This document shows positions 57,871 through 64,000 of a DNA stretch of 64,000 nucleotides, one piece after another. Under the pieces are notes generated by a model. It was given only the letters and a program-made list of their open reading frames with translations, did not search any database and had not been told where the DNA came from. Position 1 is the first letter of the stretch. Every line of letters starts with the position of its first letter. Source of the DNA: Acidobacteriota bacterium (GTDB lineage Bacteria; Acidobacteriota; Aminicenantia; UBA2199); contig JAKLEC010000001.1 in NCBI GenBank assembly GCA_022711715.1, positions 112,860 to 176,859 on the forward strand, in the 5' to 3' direction. Made by a program: the position numbers and the translations under genes.

Positions 57871-57983
57871 AGCGAATTTCCTTTATTATAGGCGATCTCC
57901 GATACCGTTTTTTTGGATATTCACTCCCCGTGTCCGGATCGCCCGGCAAATTCCGTTTTATTGAACGGCGAGGCAGCGAGCTA

Positions 57984-58104
57984 TTTGTGTTAGTGTTAGT
58001 GTTTGTGTTAGGAAAGCCAAACAGCGAACTTGTGTTCGTGTGTGTTAGGAAAGCCTTGGGACGAGCTAACTGAATTAGTGATAGTGGTAGTGATCGTGAT
58101 AGTG
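57984..58104. repeat. GTGTTN arrays (x2, each ending GTTAGGAAAGCC) plus a GTGRTA array
   Basis: tttgtgttagtgttagtgtttgtgttaggaaagcc...gtgttcgtgtgtgttaggaaagcc...gtgatagtggtagtgatcgtgatagtg. Confidence 0.85.
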
Positions 58105-58166
58105 AAAAAAAATAGCAAGAGAATTCGTTAGGTTCAGGACCTCCGGTTCACGAAAAATGGAAGAAG

Positions 58167-58194
58167 AAAAAAAAGGCGGCCTCAGCGGGCCGCC
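58167..58194 (-). terminator. Intrinsic terminator about 230 nt downstream of the prolyl oligopeptidase stop
   Basis: Minus strand reads GGCGGCC-CGCUGA-GGCCGCC followed by U8. The intervening 3' region is filled with repeat arrays. Confidence 0.7.
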
Positions 58195-58219
58195 CATTTC
58201 ATATTACTATGCTCGCGTT

Positions 58220-58416
58220 CTCATCACGCGTTACACGTCACGCAGGCTCGTCATTGCAGTTCGTTTTGCGGCAGCGGTACACCGAGCCCTGCTTTTCTTA
58301 CCGTACACCGTATGCCGCGGCGGTCCCGTCAGGGCCGCCGGCCGTATGCCAAACTCAGGCAAGTTCTCTTTTCTTGCCGTACGCCGTACGCCGTATACCG
58401 TATGCCGTATGCCGAG
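58220..58416. repeat. GTCACGC-like and GCCGTAY arrays with a GC hairpin, in the prolyl oligopeptidase 3' region
   Basis: catcacgcgttacacgtcacgc; ccgtacaccgtatgccg; hairpin cggcggtcccgtcagggccgccg; gccgtacgccgtacgccgtataccgtatgccgtatgccgag. Confidence 0.8.
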
Positions 58417-58426
58417 TTCTGTCAGC

Positions 58427-60553
58427 CTACTTGCACGTCATGCCCAGGTTCTTGAACACGAACGCCCAGGTGTCGGCCGAGATCTCGATCGCCTTGCGCA
58501 GGTTGGACGAGCCGTGGCCCGAGCGCGTCTCGACGCGGATCAGCACCGGGTTGTCGCCGCGCTGCTTCTCCTGCAGGGTGGCGATGAACTTGAAGGAGTG
58601 GGCCGGGAAGACGCGGTCATCGTGGTCGGCGGTGGTCACCAGCGTGGCCGGGTAGCGGACGCCGTCGCGGAGGTTGTGCAGCGGCGAATAGGCGTGCAGG
58701 TACTTGAACTGCACCGGGTCGTCGCTGGAGCCGTACTCCACCGCCCAGCCCCAGCCGACGGTGAACTTGTGGTAGCGCAGCATGTCCATGACGCCCACCG
58801 CGGGCAGGGCCACGCGGAACAGGTCGGGGCGCTGGGTCATGACCGCGCCGACCAGCAGGCCGCCGTTGGAGGCGCCGGATACGGCGAGGCGCGCCGGCGC
58901 GGTGTACTTCTCGCGGACCAGGTACTCGGCCGCGGCGATGAAGTCGTCGAAGACGTTCTGCTTCTTCTCCAGCATGCCGGCCTTGTGCCAAGCCTCGCCG
59001 TACTCGCCGCCGCCGCGGATGTTGGCCACGGCGTAGACGCCGCCGTTCTCCAGGAACACCAGGTTGGCGGCGCTGAAGTAGGGGGACATGCTGGCGTTGA
59101 AGCCGCCGTAGGCATACAGCAGGGCGGGATTGCCGCCGTCCCGCTTCAGGCCCTTCTTGTGGACGATGAACATGGGCACCCGCGTGCCGTCCTGGCTGGA
59201 GTAGAAGACCTGCCTGACCTCGTAGTCCTCGGGGACGAACTTGGCCTCGCTTTTGCGGAACAAGGTGCTGGCACCGCTGGCGATGTCGTAGCGGAAGATC
59301 ACCGGCGGATAGTTGAAGGAGGTGAAGGTGTAGAAGAGGGTCGTGTCCTCCTTCTTGCCGCCGAAGCCACCGGCCGTGCCCAGCCCGGGCAGGGCGATCT
59401 CGCGCTCCAGCCTGCCCGCCAGGTCGTGCTGGGTGACGCGGGTGGCGACGTCCTTGAGGTAGTGGCAGAAAAGCTTGCCGCCGGCCGTGCCGGCGCCCAG
59501 CAGCACCTCGGGCCCCTCGGGGATCACCGTCTTCCAGTTTCCGCGCTCCGGGTTGGCGCCGTCGATCAGCACCACCCGGTAGTTGGGGGCGCCGTCGTTG
59601 GTGTGCACCAGGAAGGAGCCGCCGATGTTGTCGATCGGGGAATAGTCGAACTCGAAGCCGGGGCAGAGCGTGTGAAAGGCGTCATCGGCCTTGCCCAGGT
59701 CGCGGAAGCGCACCTCGGAGCCGTGCGTCCCCTCGGAGATGCCCAGGAAGAGGTAGCGGCCGTCCTCGCTGACGCCGGCGCCGTAGTAGCGCAGCGGGTG
59801 CGCCGCGTCGGCGAAGACCAGCGCGTCCTTCTCCTGCGGGTCGCCCAGCTTGTGGTAGTACACCTTCTGGTTTTCGTTCTTGGCCTTCAGCTCCTCGCCG
59901 GCCTGGGGGGCGTCGTAGCGGGAGTAGAAGAAGCCGTCGCCGCTCCAGCCGGCGCCGGAGAACTTCACCCAGCGCAGGCGGTCGGGAAGCTCTCTGGCGG
60001 AGGCGATCTCCATCACGCGGATCTCCTGCCAGTCGGAGCCGGCCTCGGAGCGGGCGATGGCCATGTAGCGGTTGTCCTGCGACTCGCCCAGCAGGCCGAT
60101 GCGCACCGTGCCGTCGGCCGACAGGGCGTTGGCGTCGACGAAGACCTGCGGTTCGCCGTCCAGCCCCTTCTGGTAGTAGATCACCGACTGGTTCTGCAGG
60201 CCGTTGTTCTTGCTGAAAAAGTAGTACTCGCCGACGCGGAAGGGGGCCGAGTAGCGAGGATAGTTGAACAGCTCCTCCAGGCGCTTCTCGATGCCGGCGC
60301 GGCAGGGAATGGCGTTGAGGTAGGCGAAGGTGAGCCGGTTCTGCTCCTCCACCCAGGCCTTGACCTCGGGGGCATTGTCGTCCTCGAGCCAGCGGTAGGG
60401 ATCGGCGACCTTGACGCCGTGGTAATCGTCCACCACGTCGACTTTCCTGGTTTGCGGATACGCGGGCCGCTTCTCCCCGCCGGCGCCGTCTGCGGACACG
60501 AAGCAGAAGAAGACGGCGACCATCACGATCGCGAACAGGGCTTTCTTCATCAT
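58427..60553 (-). CDS. Prolyl oligopeptidase (S9A family serine peptidase)
   Basis: N-terminal beta-propeller region. Nucleophile motif GASNGGLL. C-terminal HG. AGGAGG SD before ATGATG. Signal peptide. Confidence 0.92.
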   Translation of the reverse strand: MMKKALFAIVMVAVFFCFVSADGAGGEKRPAYPQTRKVDVVDDYHGVKVADPYRWLEDDNAPEVKAWVEEQNRLTFAYLNAIPCRAGIEKRLEELFNYPRYSAPFRVGEYYFFSKNNGLQNQSVIYYQKGLDGEPQVFVDANALSADGTVRIGLLGESQDNRYMAIARSEAGSDWQEIRVMEIASARELPDRLRWVKFSGAGWSGDGFFYSRYDAPQAGEELKAKNENQKVYYHKLGDPQEKDALVFADAAHPLRYYGAGVSEDGRYLFLGISEGTHGSEVRFRDLGKADDAFHTLCPGFEFDYSPIDNIGGSFLVHTNDGAPNYRVVLIDGANPERGNWKTVIPEGPEVLLGAGTAGGKLFCHYLKDVATRVTQHDLAGRLEREIALPGLGTAGGFGGKKEDTTLFYTFTSFNYPPVIFRYDIASGASTLFRKSEAKFVPEDYEVRQVFYSSQDGTRVPMFIVHKKGLKRDGGNPALLYAYGGFNASMSPYFSAANLVFLENGGVYAVANIRGGGEYGEAWHKAGMLEKKQNVFDDFIAAAEYLVREKYTAPARLAVSGASNGGLLVGAVMTQRPDLFRVALPAVGVMDMLRYHKFTVGWGWAVEYGSSDDPVQFKYLHAYSPLHNLRDGVRYPATLVTTADHDDRVFPAHSFKFIATLQEKQRGDNPVLIRVETRSGHGSSNLRKAIEISADTWAFVFKNLGMTCK

Positions 60554-60593
60554 GGGCCTCCTATGAAAATTTGGACCGGTGCGCAAGAGACAT

Positions 60594-60623
60594 ATTATAC
60601 GCCATAAGGGGGAAAATGGTTAA
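60594..60623 (-). promoter_or_regulatory. Sigma70-type promoter TTAACC-18-TATAAT for prolyl oligopeptidase
   Basis: Perfect -10 box on the minus strand, about 40 nt upstream of ATG 60553. Confidence 0.45.
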
Positions 60624-60641
60624 TTCATGACATCGGCACTC

Positions 60642-61028
60642 GGCGTAAGGCTCAAGGCGCAAGGTACAGGGCAACTGCACTGAATGGTGCAGATCGTAAA
60701 AGGGCAGTTACCCTATGCCCTGCGCCCTACGCCGTATGCCGAGCCGGGCGGCCTCGGGCCGCTATTCGCGCCCGATTGGCGCAAGGCTCAAGGCGCAAGG
60801 TGCAAGGGAACTGCGCTGAATGCTACAGTTCGTGAAAGGGCAGTAACCCTATGTCGTACGCCGTATGCCGAGCTGGGCGGCCTTCGGCCGCTATTCGCGC
60901 CCGATTGGCGCAAGGCTCAAGGCGTAAGGTATAGGGTAAAGGCACTGAATGGTTCAGATCGGGAAAGGGCCGCTACCCTACGCCCTATGCCGTACGCCTT
61001 ATGCCGAGCTGGGCGGCCTTCGGCCGCC

Positions 61029-61031
<3 letters not shown>
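60642..61031. repeat. Three tandem copies of a structured unit of about 129-136 bp (AAGGCNC arm / GCCGTAY-type arm hairpin + GGCGGCC-N4-GGCCGCC hairpin), abutting the rpoC stop
   Basis: Unit starts at 60642, 60778 and 60907. Each unit ends ...gggcggcc(t)tcggccgc(t/c)attcgcgcccgatt. Confidence 0.9.

Positions 61032-64000
<2,969 letters not shown>

Overview
High-GC (about 65-70% by eye) bacterial chromosomal segment with 44 supported CDS, no rRNA or tRNA genes and no transposase. Gene content looks Acidobacteriota-like (GWxTD proteins, CarboxypepD_reg-type TonB receptors, a Bat operon); this lineage guess is inference only.

Layout:
- 1-14.6 kb: housekeeping genes (pepA', mazG, ribF, tig-clpP-clpX-lon-engB-rho).
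- 14.8-18.1 kb: three glycosyltransferases.
- 19.8-25 kb: batA/C/D/E plus hemW.
- 25-30 kb: a less GC-rich islet (FkbM-like methyltransferase, PilZ) followed by a phosphodiesterase and ackA.
- 30.8-36 kb: PDZ-containing sensor kinase, sigma54 activator and rluB.
- 36-58 kb: a large cell-envelope block. It holds three tandem secreted paralogs, two GWxTD proteins, TPR proteins, three Thr-type sulfatase-like/TPR fusions and two tandem TonB-dependent receptors with textbook sigma54 promoters.
- 58-64 kb: prolyl oligopeptidase and the 3' part of rpoC.

The most unusual signal is non-coding. Almost every inter-operon gap is built from a small vocabulary of tandem 6- and 7-nt micro-arrays: GTGRTA, GTGTTN, CGTRATT, GCGTRAC, GCCGTAY, CTTTTNC, GGGAAG-rich and AAGGCNC.
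- The arrays are concatenated in mosaic orders.
- They are often paired with their complement to form 25-45 bp hairpins. Some hairpins are empty; others enclose 85-135 nt AT-rich unique inserts.
- Several CDS stop codons, one C-terminal extension and two -35 boxes are supplied by these arrays.

I do not recognise this element family.

Limits: all coordinates were derived by hand, so repeat boundaries are +/- a few nt. No database search or folding calculation was possible.
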